62,849 bases of DNA, filler included, from Octopus bimaculoides (GCF_001194135.2; 4 parts of 4 records of this genome joined end to end with filler, not necessarily neighbours in it), one strand, 5' to 3'. Counted from the whole stretch's first letter, positions 11,448-24,402 are shown. A program made the numbers and translations. Notes: a model not told the origin generated them from the letters alone.

Positions 11448-14204
11448 AATGTTGTTGTTATATAGTTCTTGTCAGCGAAATGGTTTTCTCTGGAGTTTGT
11501 TTAATTTTTTTGAATTTTCCCATCGCTTTCGTTAAACGTCATCTACAGCCTGACACACATACATACACATACACACATACACATACTCACATACACATAC
11601 TCACATACACATACTCACATTCTCACATACAGACATATACAGACACACACATACATGCACATGCGCATACACATGCTCGATCATCTTGCGCAGAAACTAT
11701 TAAGAAAAACGTAAAAACTGTTAAGTGTTAAGGGCACTGGCTGNNNNNNNNNNNNNNNNNNNNNNNNNNNNNNNNNNNNNNNNNNNNNNNNNNNNNNNNN
11801 NNNNNNNNNNNNNNNNNNNNNNNNNNNNNNNNNNNNNNNNNNNNNNNNNNNNNNNNNNNNNNNNNNNNNNNNNNNNNNNNNNNNNNNNNNNNNNNNNNNN
11901 NNNNNNNNNNNNNNNNNNNNNNNNNNNNNNNNNNNNNNNNNNNNNNNNNNNNNNNNNNNNNNNNNNNNNNNNNNNNNNNNNNNNNNNNNNNNNNNNNNNN
12001 NNNNNNNNNNNNNNNNNNNNNNNNNNNNNNNNNNNNNNNNNNNNNNNNNNNNNNNNNNNNNNNNNNNNNNNNNNNNNNNNNNNNNNNNNNNNNNNNNNNN
12101 NNNNNNNNNNNNNNNNNNNNNNNNNNNNNNNNNNNNNNNNNNNNNNNNNNNNNNNNNNNNNNNNNNNNNNNNNNNNNNNNNNNNNNNNNNNNNNNNNNNN
12201 NNNNNNNNNNNNNNNNNNNNNNNNNNNNNNNNNNNNNNNNNNNNNNNNNNNNNNNNNNNNNNNNNNNNNNNNNNNNNNNNNNNNNNNNNNNNNNNNNNNN
12301 NNNNNNNNNNNNNNNNNNNNNNNNNNNNNNNNNNNNNNNNNNNNNNNNNNNNNNNNNNNNNNNTGGTGGTGGTGGTGGTGGTGGTGGTGGTGCTACTGCC
12401 GTTGTTGCTAATTATATCGATATTGTATGGAAGACAAGAAAATAACGACTATTAATGGCAAAGATAGTTAAAATGGTTTCTGGAACGGTTGAATGTTATT
12501 TTCATTTTTCTTTTTTTTTTTTTTTTTTCCCTTCTCTTTTTTATTCTGCAAGTCATCAACAACATATAACTCTGTTACTAATTCCGACTATTTTAACTGA
12601 AATCGCGCCCAAACACAGAAACAAAGTTAGTGTGTAAAAATAAAGAAAATAAAGCGAAAAACAATTCATCGCCGCCATTTGCAATATTGTCAGCGTTCGT
12701 CTGTTTTGTCACGTGATTAAAATGTCTCCTAAGGCCAAACGACGGTCTAGGATTGTTTGGAACCTAATGAGGAAATTCTCCTAAGAGAATCGGAAGAAAC
12801 TTCAATCAGCAGATTTTCACTTAGTTTTCTCGTTTTTTGTTTCATCCTTCTTCTTCCATTTCTTCTTTATCTCTTTTCCGTTTGTATCACTCTGTGACTA
12901 CATTTCTTGTATCATTCTTTTATACATGTATATAGGAGTGTGTGTGTGTGTGTGNNNNNNNNNNTGCTGCTGCTGCTGCTGGATCTGGTGCTGGTAGTGG
13001 TTGTAGTACGATTGTAGTAGTGGTGCTGGTGACAATAGTGGTAGTGGTGATGGTGGTGGTTGTAGCTGTAGTACTGACAGTAGTAGTAGTAGTAGTAGTA
13101 GTAATAGTAGTAGTAGTAGTAGTGTGTTGGCATTGATGTTAATTGTGGTGGTGGTGGTGGTGGTGGTGGTGGTGNNNNNNNNNNNNNNNNNNNNNNNNNN
13201 NNNNNNNNNNNNNNNNNNNNNNNNNNNNNNNNNNNNNNNNNNNNNNNNNNNNNNNNNNNNNNNNNNNNNNNNNNNNNNNNNNNNNNNNNNNNNNNNNNNN
13301 NNNNNNNNNNNNNNNNNNNNNNNNNNNNNNNNNNNNNNNNNNNNNNNNNNNNNNNNNNNNNNNNNNNNNNNNNNNNNNNNNNNNNNNNNNNNNNNNNNNN
13401 NNNNNNNNNNNNNNNNNNNNNNNNNNNNNNNNNNNNNNNNNNNNNNNNNNNNNNNNNNNNNNNNNNNNNNNNNNNNNNNNNNNNNNNNNNNNNNNNNNNN
13501 NNNNNNNNNNNNNNNNNNNNNNNNNNNNNNNNNNNNNNNNNNNNNNNNNNNNNNNNNNNNNNNNNNNNNNNNNNNNNNNNNNNNNNNNNNNNNNNNNNNN
13601 NNNNNNNNNNNNNNNNNNNNNNNNNNNNNNNNNNNNNNNNNNNNNNNNNNNNNNNNNNNNNNNNNNNNNNNNNNNNNNNNNNNNNNNNNNNNNNNNNNNN
13701 NNNNNNNNNNNNNNNNNNNNNNNNNNNNNNNNNNNNNNNNNNNNNNNNNNNNNNNNNNNNNNNNNNNNNNNNNNNNNNNNNNNNNNNNNNNNNNNNNNNN
13801 NNNNNNNNNNNNNNNNNNNNNNNNNNNNNNNNNNNNNNNNNNNNNNNNNNNNNNNNNNNNNNNNNNNNNNNNNNNNNNNNNNNNNNNNNNNNNNNNNNNN
13901 NNNNNNNNNNNNNNNNNNNNNNNNNNNNNNNNNNNNNNNNNNNNNNNNNNNNNNNNNNNNNNNNNNNNNNNNNNNNNNNNNNNNNNNNNNNNNNNNNNNN
14001 NNNNNNNNNNNNNNNNNNNNNNNNNNNNNNNNNNNNNNNNNNNNNNNNNNNNNNNNNNNNNNNNNNNNNNNNNNNNNNNNNNNNNNNNNNNNNNNNNNNN
14101 NNNNNNNNNNNNNNNNNNNNNNNNNNNNNNNNNNNNNNNNNNNNNNNNNNNNNNNNGTGTGTGTGTGTGTGTGTATCATTACATATATATTTATGTATAT
14201 GTAT

Positions 14205-14545
14205 ATTTGCATGTATGTTTCTATGTATAAGTGTGTATTTGTATATGTATATATTTACGTATGTATACATGTGTATATGTGTATGTGTGTATTGTATGTA
14301 TGTTTCTATGTATAAGTGTGTATATGTATATGTGTATATTTAGGTATGTATACATCTGTATATGTGTGTGTGTATTGTATCTATGTCTCTATGTATAAGT
14401 GTGTATATGTATATGTGTATATTTAGGTATGTATACATGTGTATATGTGTGTGTGTATTGTATGTATGTTTCTATGTATAAGTGTGTATATGTATATGTA
14501 TATATTTAGGTATGTATACATGTGTATATGTGTGTGTGTATTGTG
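14205..14545. repeat. Higher-order tandem repeat, about 83-bp period, about 4 copies, built from TA/TG microsatellite
   Basis: CTATGTATAAGTGTGTAT recurs at 14221, 14306, 14389 and 14472. Confidence 0.85.
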
Positions 14546-14651
14546 TGTATTGTATCAAAGACTCACACACCAAGATACTCAAGGATAAATGTTAACCGTT
14601 GTCTTTTTAACTCCATTTTGTTATCTATCTCACTGTTTGTTTCCCGTTACA

Positions 14652-14700
<49 letters not shown>

Positions 14701-14995
14701 ATTCTCTCCCCCTCCATCTTCTATCCTTTACCTTTATTTTCCCTTTCAATTTATTTTTCTCTCTTCTTTAATTCTCTCCCCATCGTACAACCTCTCACAA
14801 TTCTCGCTCTTCCACTATTGACATTCCTTTCTACTTTGCTATCTTTTTGTTCACACAGTCTAAAGATATATATACACTGATACGCGCTGATATCATTCAG
14901 TAATATCATATTCAGATATCGTAGCCTGATATCATTTACCAACATCGATGAATACAATTGCATCGTGTATTGATATGACATCGGTTTCAAATGTT

Positions 14996-15152
14996 GGCAC
15001 AGGACCAATAATTTCAGGGCTGGGAGTAAGTCGATTGCATCGACTCCAGTGCTCAACTAGTTACCTATTTTATCGACCCCGAAAGGATGAAAGGAAAAAT
15101 CGACCCCGGCGGAATTTGAACTCAGAACATAAAGACAGACGAAATACTTTTA

Positions 15153-15156
<4 letters not shown>
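14996..15156 (-). mobile_element. tRNA-derived SINE family D, head truncated
   Basis: Contains TATCGACCCCGAAAGGATGAAAGG (reverse complement of core CCTTTCATCCTTTCGGGGTCGATA) and GGAATTTGAACTCAGAAC. Confidence 0.85.
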
Positions 15157-15193
<37 letters not shown>

Positions 15194-16252
15194 ACATATA
15201 TATATATGGAAAAGGATGCGTGGCGTTCGATCATATAATGATATAAATAATATATAAATATATGCAAATATGCATATANNNNNNNNNNNNNNNNNNNNNN
15301 NNNNNNNNNNNNNNNNNNNNNNTTAATTAATTAANNNNNNNNNNNNNNNNNNNNNNNNNNNNNNNNNNNNNNNNNNNNTATTTCTAAATCTCTGAACATT
15401 CAGTAACAGAGACATTCAGTAACAGTACTCTAGAGTAAAAACTTTTTGTCAACATAATGTGGCAGTCCTGGTTAGGATGATTGTTACTGTTATTTAGTCT
15501 CAGGAAAAGTCGTCTCCAGCTGGCTATACGACACACTATCTGCGTCCTTATATTTTCGAACAAATGAGTTTAGCGACCCCACTCAGCTCAAAATAATATC
15601 TGCGTACCAATGGCATATTGGTTTCCCTTGGCACATTATTTTGGCAAATAATTTTCACTCTCTCTCCCTATATATATGTGTGTGTGTGTCTGTGTGTAGT
15701 TAATTGAAACAGTTTGTTATAGGTATAAAGATATAAACAATTATAATCTAAAAAATTAGATTTAATAAGTACATACGAACGTTTCAAATGGCAATATAAA
15801 TATGTAAGAAAAAGATAATAATAATAATTATGATTAATAGACTTGCATACACATTGACATGACCTTTTTCGTTTCTCTTAATTTTTCCCTTCTACAGCTT
15901 ATTTGTAAATATCCGGTTAAATTTTTCCTATTACCCCATTTGTTTTTCCTTCTTGATTTCTAGTAATAGCTTTTTTGGATGTCTTTTCTTTAAATTCTTC
16001 ACACTGACGGGAATGATAATACATAACTATAATTATAATTGTTATTATTTTTTTCTTACATATTTGTATTGCTCATTGAAACATTCGTATGTACTTATTA
16101 AATCTAAGTTTGATTTTTAACATCTTTTCTCCATTTTTGTGAATTCGAAACCATTGAGCACACTATGAACAGACATAGGTTTAACTACATATAAATACCT
16201 TACTGCTCTATGCTTTAGTGTGTGCTTCCTTTTTGGGATATATGATACATTG

Positions 16253-16297
<45 letters not shown>

Positions 16298-16301
<4 letters not shown>

Positions 16302-16530
16302 CAATTGATTTCCTCCAAACTGGGAACATACATTGCTTATGTTCCAAAGTTGGTTTTAGACTCTTAAATCTTTTCACATAAGGAGTATGGGGCCCATGGT
16401 GGCAGAAAGCCCCCTTTCCAAGGTAAGCAATACGAACGATCGCATAACTTGGTTGTATTGTTGATTCAAGGGACATTACTCTTGGTGACGTACTGATGTT
16501 AATTTCGCCCCCTCATATATATAAAAGTGA
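16298..16530 (+). repeat. Local repeat, copy 1 (copy 2 at 18070-18150 plus 18408-18560)
   Basis: Aligns by eye at roughly 75-80% (GGGAACATACA...GGTTTTAGACTCTTAAA...CCAAGGTAA.CAATACGAACGAT). Confidence 0.85.
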
Positions 16531-16922
16531 AGGTGTGTGTGTGCGCGCACGTGGGTTTGTTGGTGTTTGTGTGTGTGTTTGTGTGTGTGTTTGTGTATGT
16601 GTGCTTGTGTGTGTAATTACGCGTGTGTTTGTTTCCGTGTGTGCGTGTGCGCGCGTGTGTTTGTGTGTGCGCGTGCATGTGTATGTGTGTGTAGGACAAA
16701 TTTTAATGATATATCAATCACGAGGAATTTTGAAATGTGGCAATTCATATGTATTGTATTTTTCCCATTATGCTACAGTGTACACAAAATGAATAGTTAT
16801 TTGTGTTGTTAAATTGGAAAATGCGAATTATATCCTTTTCTATTTCAATTACTTCTAGCTTCATTTGTAACAATGCTGCTTTTCTTTAATTTTATCTGTA
16901 ACCCTCACCACACATATATATT

Positions 16923-17011
<89 letters not shown>

Positions 17012-17064
17012 GTGTGTGCGTGTGTGTGTGTGTAGTAAATTTAAATTCTGCAGAGTATGTAACA

Positions 17065-17398
17065 CCCAACTGGCTAAAATCAGGGTCAATGCTCCAAAAC
17101 CACCATAAACTAACAATAAAGATACACACGAGCGGGTCGTTTAATGTAAAAACCCACACGAACTAATGTAGTGAATATTTTAGAAATAGATGTTAAAATG
17201 TTACTTTCAACTGAAGATCGCAGAGTATGTTTGTCCTGCAAAGCGTAAGATCAATTGATATTGAACTATACATTACTTACTTATGCATTCAATGAAAATG
17301 TAAGTCTATTTCTCATATGTTCATTGCATTGCTCGTGTGTATATTTATTGTGAATTTATGGTGGGTTTTGGAGCGTTGGCTCTGATTTTAGCAAGTGG
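17065..17398. mobile_element. MITE-like element with about 68-bp imperfect inverted arms
   Basis: 17065-17133 is the reverse complement of 17331-17398 at roughly 85% identity. Confidence 0.65.
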
Positions 17399-18150
17399 TA
17401 TTTGGCATTATATACCCTATTGTACCTAGATTTGGCTTATATTGTGCCTGTAACTGCGTGAACTTGCTAGTCACGTTATTATTACCTTATTAATACTATT
17501 AATAACAACAATAATACATATAGATTATATATATATANNNNNNNNNNNNNNNNNNNNNNNNNNNNNNNNNNNNNNNNNNNNNNNNNNNNNNNNNNNNNNN
17601 NNNNNNNNNNNNNNNNNNNNNNNNNNNNNNNNNNNNNNNNNNNNNNNNNNNNNNNNNNNNNNNNNNNNNNNNNNNNNNNNNNNNNNNNNNNNNNNNNNNN
17701 NNNNNNNNNNNNNNNNNNNNNNNNNNNNNNNNNNNNNNNNNNNNNNNNNNNNNNNNNNNNNNNNNNNNNNNNNNNNNNNNNNNNNNNNNNNNNNNNNNNN
17801 NNNNNNNNNNNNNNNNNNNNNNNNNNNNNNNNNNNNNNNNNNNNNNNNNNNNNNNNNNNNNNNNNNNNNNNNNNNNNNNNNNNNNNNNNNNNNNNNNNNN
17901 NNNNNNNNNNNNNNNNNNNNNNNNNNNNNNNNNNNNNNNNNNNNNNNNNNNNNNNNNNNNNNNNNNNNNNNNNNNNNNNNNNNNNNNNNNNNNNNNNNNN
18001 NNNNNNNNNNNNNNNNNNNNNNNNNNNNNNNNNNNNNNNNNNNNNNNNNNNNTATATATATATATATATATCGCAACTGATTTTCCCACATTGGGAACAT
18101 ACACTACTTATGTTCCAGAGATGGTTTTAGACTCTTAAAATATTTCACAT

Positions 18151-18401
18151 TGTTGTGATGAAATCCTGACACCCCTGTCCTAAACCGTATAAAGATGCAT
18201 ACACGCTGCCAGTGAGGAGCAGTCTGGTGTGCGCAGGCACTTTGTGCAGAGGCTGTAGAAGTCGTTGAGAAGAGATATTGTTTGATACGTGTTGTTTCTG
18301 ATTGATATTTGTATTGTTATAACCTTGTTATGTTTCCACGTTATAAAGTGACATATCTAGTGAGTTCAAAAAAGGACATAACAGTGTCTACGAGATACAC
18401 C
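18151..18401 (+). mobile_element. LTR-like insertion inside the local repeat
   Basis: Absent from copy 1 of the repeat and flanked by TCACAT at 18145-18150 and 18402-18407. TGTTGTG...CATAACA termini (18151-18383) enclose a TATAAA. Confidence 0.45.
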
Positions 18402-18594
18402 TCACATAATGAGTGATGAGGCTTCTGGGGAAAGAAAACTCACTTTCCAAGGTAAACAATACGAACGATTGCATATTTTGATTGCTTCGCTTGTTCAAAG
18501 GACATTACTATTGATGACGTACTTATGTTAATCTCCCTACCTCTCTATATATAAAACTGAGTATTTGTGTGTATGTGTGAGCGCACTGGGAGAA

Positions 18595-19260
18595 AATCGA
18601 TACAAATGGAAGCATGACAAAGCCCTTCCAGAGCTCACCAAGTGGTCAGTCTTACAAATGATTGAAGCTAACAAACAACATCCAGCACTGCCCAAGGTTA
18701 TAAGACTCAAGGCTGCTAAAACGAAAGCAATGGTAATCGACCTGTTTTCTATTTTGCATGAAGCCCCAGATTGGGAGATGCGAGCATACATGAAGAACAG
18801 CTTCATACACCTAGATGAGACAGCGATAACGTCACTCCGATCAGACAGCTTGCTTCCTGTCTAGGAGTACAAGAACAATAGTGATTAAATGTAGAGTGCT
18901 CTGAGTGGACAGATTCGATGAATCGCGTCATTTAAAGAATACCAGATATCAGAATTTTGTCGACAAAGCCCTTGTCAAGGAAAAGACACACGGCTTCATT
19001 CCCTATTGAAATCGGCTGCTGTGGCTTTCTGTGGTACTCCGTGAGTTGTTTCCTCCAGAAGGCTGAGCGGAACCCACTTAACTTAAGAAATTCAGCAAGC
19101 TGGCTGACACCAACTAAAAGAGCCTATGGTTCCTAAGAAACTGCAAATAGAAACCATCTGTGAGTGAAGACTAGTTTAGGCCTCACTGCTCAACTCATGT
19201 GAAGCATACTGGTTAAGAAGCGAAACACTTGTGACTTCGCGTTACGTACTGACAATACGT
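18595..19260 (+). mobile_element. Decayed 3' end of a HERO-type non-LTR retrotransposon (restriction-like endonuclease region)
   Basis: Translation RYKWKHDKAL...ILHEAPDWEMRA...ETAITSLRSD matches the RYxWRHD, DWEM and LRPD motifs. Many stops follow. Confidence 0.72.
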
Positions 19261-19359
19261 AACGGTTTTCAGTATTGCAATGGATTTAGAAGAATAGCTT
19301 GAAAAACCTCAGAGTATCTCCCAATTTCTACACAGGGCAAAGCATCTCTGATATTTATT

Positions 19360-19610
19360 TCAACTTAAAGTAGCTTACTATTTAGATGTTACTTTAGAAC
19401 TGAATTCAGGTTTATAATTTTCCTTTCGTAAAATTAAGGAAAGCCTGTTAAATCTAATCCCCATACGTCCGTCCTAAATCCAGTTGTTAATAGCATTTCC
19501 ATTAATATACCTAATCTTTTTGCAAATGGAGATATCTTCAGCAATAACGTCAATTACTATATTCAGACACAGTTCACTGATAGTTTCTCGGATAAAAAAA
19601 ATATATTGCA
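19360..19610 (+). mobile_element. Heavily decayed PLE reverse-transcriptase C-terminal remnant
   Basis: Translation KVAYYLDVTLELNSGL*FSFRK...VVNSISINIPNLFANGDIFSN resembles the PLE motif FLDVTLDL..G.Y.P(Y/F)RKP...ISxRISxLS...IF. Confidence 0.5.
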
Positions 19611-19718
19611 TCTCAGACTCCAGATTCAGAATTATGTTTGAACAACTATATCCGCGCAAAAAATTGTTGTTGTCATTCCTAATAAGATCATTAATATTAA
19701 CTTGCAGTACCAATAGAA

Positions 19719-20102
19719 GTGGAGGCGCAATGGACCAGTGGTTAGAGCAGCGGACTCGCGGTCATAGGATCGCTGTTTCGATTCCCAGACCGGGCGTTGT
19801 GAGTGTTTATTGAGCGAAAACACTTTAAGTTCCACGAGGCTCCGGCAGGAGATGGTGGCGAAGCCTGCTGTATTCTTTCACCACAACTTTCTCTCACTCT
19901 TACTTCATGTTTCTGTTGTGCCTGTAATTCAAAGGGTCAGCCTTGTCACACTGTGTCACGCTGAATATCCTCGAGAACTACGTTAAGGGTACACGTGTGT
20001 GTGTGGAGTGCTCATCCACTTGCACGTTAATTTCACGAGCAGGCTGTTCCGTTGATCGGATCAACTGGAACCTTCGACATCATAAGCGACGGAGTGCCAA
20101 CA
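19719..20102 (+). mobile_element. SINE family A, full length
   Basis: A box and GTTTCGATTCCC B box present. 10-bp TSD ACCAATAGAA at 19709-19718 and 20103-20112. Confidence 0.93.
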
Positions 20103-20396
20103 ACCAATAGAAATTCTACAGTAAATACCAAATTTTGCTTTAGTTGGGTGGAAATTCATATAGAGCCGCAAAAAAATTAGAGCTTCTTTTGAAATTGTAT
20201 ACTCTGCATTATTTCGTTTAAAGACTTTTCGGTTCTTCTGTACTTGAGGAAGCATCACTTTCCCATTTCGTCAGAAATTTCGAGGTCCATTTCTAAATCT
20301 TAGAGCTTCACAATGATTACAGAGAATATTCATGTTACCAATGCTGTAAATTTCAACCATACGTTTACAGATGACGTTCTATTTCATATTCATTTT

Positions 20397-20563
20397 CTAT
20401 ACTATCTTGAACAAGTTCTCTTATCTGCGGTAAATACTCACTGTATTCTCTTTAATTCGTATTTTCCCTTCTTCGCTACCCCCATTCTAGTGATTCGACC
20501 CTTTGCTTCCCCTTGCGTCGTTGCCTATACCATCTCAGTCTTTCTTTTGTTAGCTTACATCGT
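20397..20563 (+). repeat. Local direct repeat, copy 1 (copy 2 at 22801-22965)
   Basis: CTATACTATCTTGAACA.GTTCTCTTATCTG.GGTAAATACT... aligns at roughly 85%. Confidence 0.88.
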
Positions 20564-20903
20564 CTGTCATTCACATTTTATTAAAAAAAATTTGAATTTT
20601 CATGCGAGAAGATGATAAATAGTTGCGCTAATGCGTATGAGATAAATAATTTCACTAATGCGTGCGATATAATATAATCTAGTTCAATTAAAACAAAAAC
20701 TAATTTTCACTATCCACTCACCACCATCACTTCCACTTCCATCACTATCATCATCACCACAATGACAATCATCAGCACCACCATCACCACCACCACCACC
20801 ACCATCAACATCAATATCGTTTTCCGTAACAAAACTTACTCTAAGCTGTTTGCCGACAAGCTTATTTTCATTTCATTTCAGTTCCTTCCAGCTGTTTGTA
20901 TGC

Positions 20904-21242
20904 GTTGTCGTTGTTGGCACTCCGTCGCTTACGACGTCGAGGGTTCCAGTTGATCCGATGAACGGAACAGCCTGCTCGTGAAATTAACGTGCAAGTGGCT
21001 GAGCACTCCACAGACACGTGTACCCTTAACATAGTTCTCGGGGATATTCAGCGTGACACAGTGTGACAAGGCTGACCCTTTGATTTACAAGCACAACAGA
21101 AACAGGAAGTAAGAGTGAGGGAAAGTAGTGATGAAAGAGTACAGCAGGGTTCGCCACCATCCCCTGCCGGAGCCTCGTGGAGCTTTAGGTGTTTTCGCTC
21201 AATAAACACTCACAACGCCCACTGGGACATTGCGCCTCCACC
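20904..21242 (-). mobile_element. SINE family A with about 50 bp deleted from the tRNA head
   Basis: TSD GTTTGTATGC at 20894-20903 and 21243-21252. The head reads TGGAGGCGCAATGTCCCAGT|GGGCGTTG, with the B box missing. Confidence 0.92.
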
Positions 21243-21559
21243 GTTTGTATGCATCTACGTATATTATTGTCGCTGTATCTATCTATTCTGACAATACAAA
21301 TTTGAAATAACAAATAAAATATAACGTCGACTGATATTTTGCTTAGATAATTGACTGTCATTGAAAAATCTATCTTTCTATCGTTGGTAAGTTATTATTG
21401 TATCTAGGCGATATAAAACTTCTGTATTAACATGTCATTTTCTTATCAGTACCACTAATATACGATGTTTAAAATTTCTCACAGCTAAACATTTTGTATT
21501 TCCTCCTCTCTTATTCTCTCCACCTCTTACATTAAGAAACATTATAACAACTGATGAAT

Positions 21560-22540
21560 GATGACAACTGCTGAATGTAGATGCGGAGAGAAAGCGACGG
21601 TGATACATGTTCTGTCAAAATGCAGGCTAGCACTAGACAGAAATACATAGCGTCACAATCAAGTCCTCGGTGTCATAAGCGCAGCACTCAATGAGAAGAT
21701 CGAAAGATATAATAGAGGACAGTACCCAAATGTGGAAAAGCGTGGAAAAATATACTTCCATGAGGAGAGAAAAGGAACTAAGACCAGGCCTTCAAATAAG
21801 TGGAAGCTAGAGCAGTGGGAGCTAGAGGCTTCATTGAAAGGAAAATGGTGACGTTATTTAAAAGAAGGTTTGCATTTTCGAGCTCAGTGCTGAGAAAAGA
21901 AATAAAAAGGATACAGGAGGCAGTCGACAAAGTCAGCTTCTATATATGGCTGAAACGAGAAGACCCAAAATGGCTTGAAAGCCTTAACGTCGCTAGATGA
22001 AGCAGCATCGTTGATTGACAAGGTAGGCCAAGGTAGCGATCTCCTTCATAGCACGCCCTCCTCCTGGTTCGAAAGCTTGTACTACCAAACAGCTGGTCGG
22101 CTCTGGCTGCTGGAACTGAAACTAACACGAAACTGTTGGAATGCAGGTTTAGAGAAGGCACCGGGCTAAAACTACGCGCCCTACCCCTCTATTGGTCAAT
22201 TGAAGTTTAGACAGTGTCACGTGACAGTAAGCTGGTGCTGGCTGGTGGAGCCTACCGGCGAGTATTTAATGGGAAATTTGGCAGGATGGTCATCCGCCCG
22301 CTGACATTCGTTGACGCTGCGTCGAAGAAACCTCAGAACAAAATTAAAAAAAGGAGAAAGAAGAAACGCACTCAGTACCAGAGCTGAAGACACCTCCGAA
22401 AGAGGGAGCCTCGTCACGTCGAAAACGACAGAGGAATAGGGGCCGAAACCGGACTTGGTTCCTCCTGATGATGTCTTTAGCCACACTGAATCCTATAAAG
22501 AAGCTGTTGAGGTAGCGAACCACGAAACATGGTTGGATTT
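21560..22540 (+). mobile_element. Decayed HERO-type non-LTR retrotransposon 3' end plus probable 3' UTR
   Basis: Zinc knuckle CRCGEKATVIHVLSKCRLALDRNT*RHNQVL, then VGARGF...IQEAVDKVSFYIWLKREDPKW, which is the typical HERO C terminus. The coding remnant ends near 22000. Confidence 0.8.
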
Positions 22541-22726
22541 CCTTCCCTTCTTGTTGTCATCATTTCTCCCTTTGTTTATTTTCATCTCAAAATTTCACTT
22601 GGCTAGCAATAATGTCACAACTCAACACTTAAGCTGCTTCGCACACTTTATATATTTGCGCTCCTCCCTCTCTCTCTACTCTCTCTCCCTCTCCTCCTCG
22701 CACTCTTTCTCTCGCCCTCTCTCCCT

Positions 22727-22768
<42 letters not shown>

Positions 22769-22800
22769 TTTCTCTCTCTCTCCATTTCATTAACATCACC

Positions 22801-22965
22801 CCTATACTATCTTGAACATGTTCTCTTATCTGTGGTAAATACTAACTGTATTCTCTTTAATTCATATTTTCCATTCTTCGCTTCTTCTGTTCTAGTGATT
22901 CGACCCTTTGCTTTCCCTTACGTCGCTGCCTATACTGTCTCAGTCTTTCTCTTGTTAAACATCGT
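22801..22965 (+). repeat. Local direct repeat, copy 2
   Basis: See 20397-20563. Confidence 0.88.
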
Positions 22966-24020
22966 ATTTCTTATTTCTCTTTCTCCAACATCTCTTTCTT
23001 CAACTAACATTTTAATCATGTACACGTAATAACTTTTACTTTCCGTCGTTAACACTTCACTCTCTCTCTCTCTCGCTTTTTCACTCGCTTGTCACCTTTC
23101 CCTTCAACTAACCACATGACAGCGTAATCTATTCGGCCTTGGCGTATTTCTATATAGATAAGATTGTGACAAATAACAATAATTTACCTCTAATTATCTT
23201 TCTCGCAGGAATTTCCATTTACTAAGCATTATTCTATCACTAATAACTTATCTCCAGTTTTGCTCACGTTGATCTGCATAGATGAACCTAAAACTCAAAT
23301 TACCCATTGCGATTCTCTCCATGTAACACATCCTACGACAAGAACAGAAAACGCACAGTTCAATGGTTTACATTTACATTTGTTTACAAGTTGAAATACT
23401 GCGTAGATACTTCTTCAATATTCTATAGTCTAATTCCCCACTTCAAAATGTATATTAGACTATATTTGATACTTCCACTATAAATTTGGTGTCGTATTTT
23501 TCTTACTACACGTAGTCTTGGATTTATAATTACGCTTTTCAATGGACGGAAACTTTGCCTAATCGTTATGCAGTTTGGTCTACCCTATAACAGTAGTTGT
23601 TATATACTTGATTACAGTGGTTATTGTAATAATAATGATGTTACGTCACTATTAGTTATTCGAATAAAAATAGCAACACTTCACGCTATACCAGACCGCG
23701 AAAAAAGAAGAAAAACTTGATTGAAGCTGAAAGTGAAACTAAGTTGAAAAGTTATCAATTATTATATCAGGGTCGGCTGCTACTACTACTACTACTACTG
23801 CTACTACTACTACTACTACTGTTGCTGCTGCTGATACTGCTGCTGATGCTGATCATAATACTAATGATGGTGAGGCGGGGTGACAAGACGACGATAAGGA
23901 TGAGGATTCTCCCAACACTAGAGAGATTACAGATATTCGTATTCATGTGAATAATCATGATGGGAAAAACATTAATCATAATAACGGTAATAACAGCATT
24001 ATTAATGTTACTCTTTTACT

Positions 24021-24218
24021 TGTTTCACTCATTTGACTGCGGCCATGCTGGAGCACCGCCTTTAGTCAGGAAAATGGACCCCAGGACTTATTCTTTTTAA
24101 GCCTGCTACTTATTCTATCGGTCTCTTTTTGCCGAACCGGTAAGTTACGGGGACGTAAACACACCAGCATCGGTTGTCAAGCGAAGTTGGGGAGACAAAC
24201 ACACACACAAACACACAC

Positions 24219-24271
<53 letters not shown>

Positions 24272-24402
24272 CGACGGGCTTCTTTCAGTTTCCGTCTACC
24301 AAAACCACTCACAAGGCTTTGGTCGGCCCTTAGCTATAGTAGAAGACACTTACGCAGTGGGACTGAACCCGGAACCATGTGGTTAGTAAGCAAGCTACTT
24401 AA
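24021..24402 (-). mobile_element. SINE family C
   Basis: Colinear with 4744-5147 and includes the CATTTGACTGCGGCCATGCTGGAGCACCGCC end. Confidence 0.92.

Noticed and set aside
15323-15334. TTAATTAATTAA islands between N runs (also about 38816 and 56298)
   Set aside because: The same 12-mer centred in similar-sized gaps three times is an assembly or scaffolding spacer, not biology.
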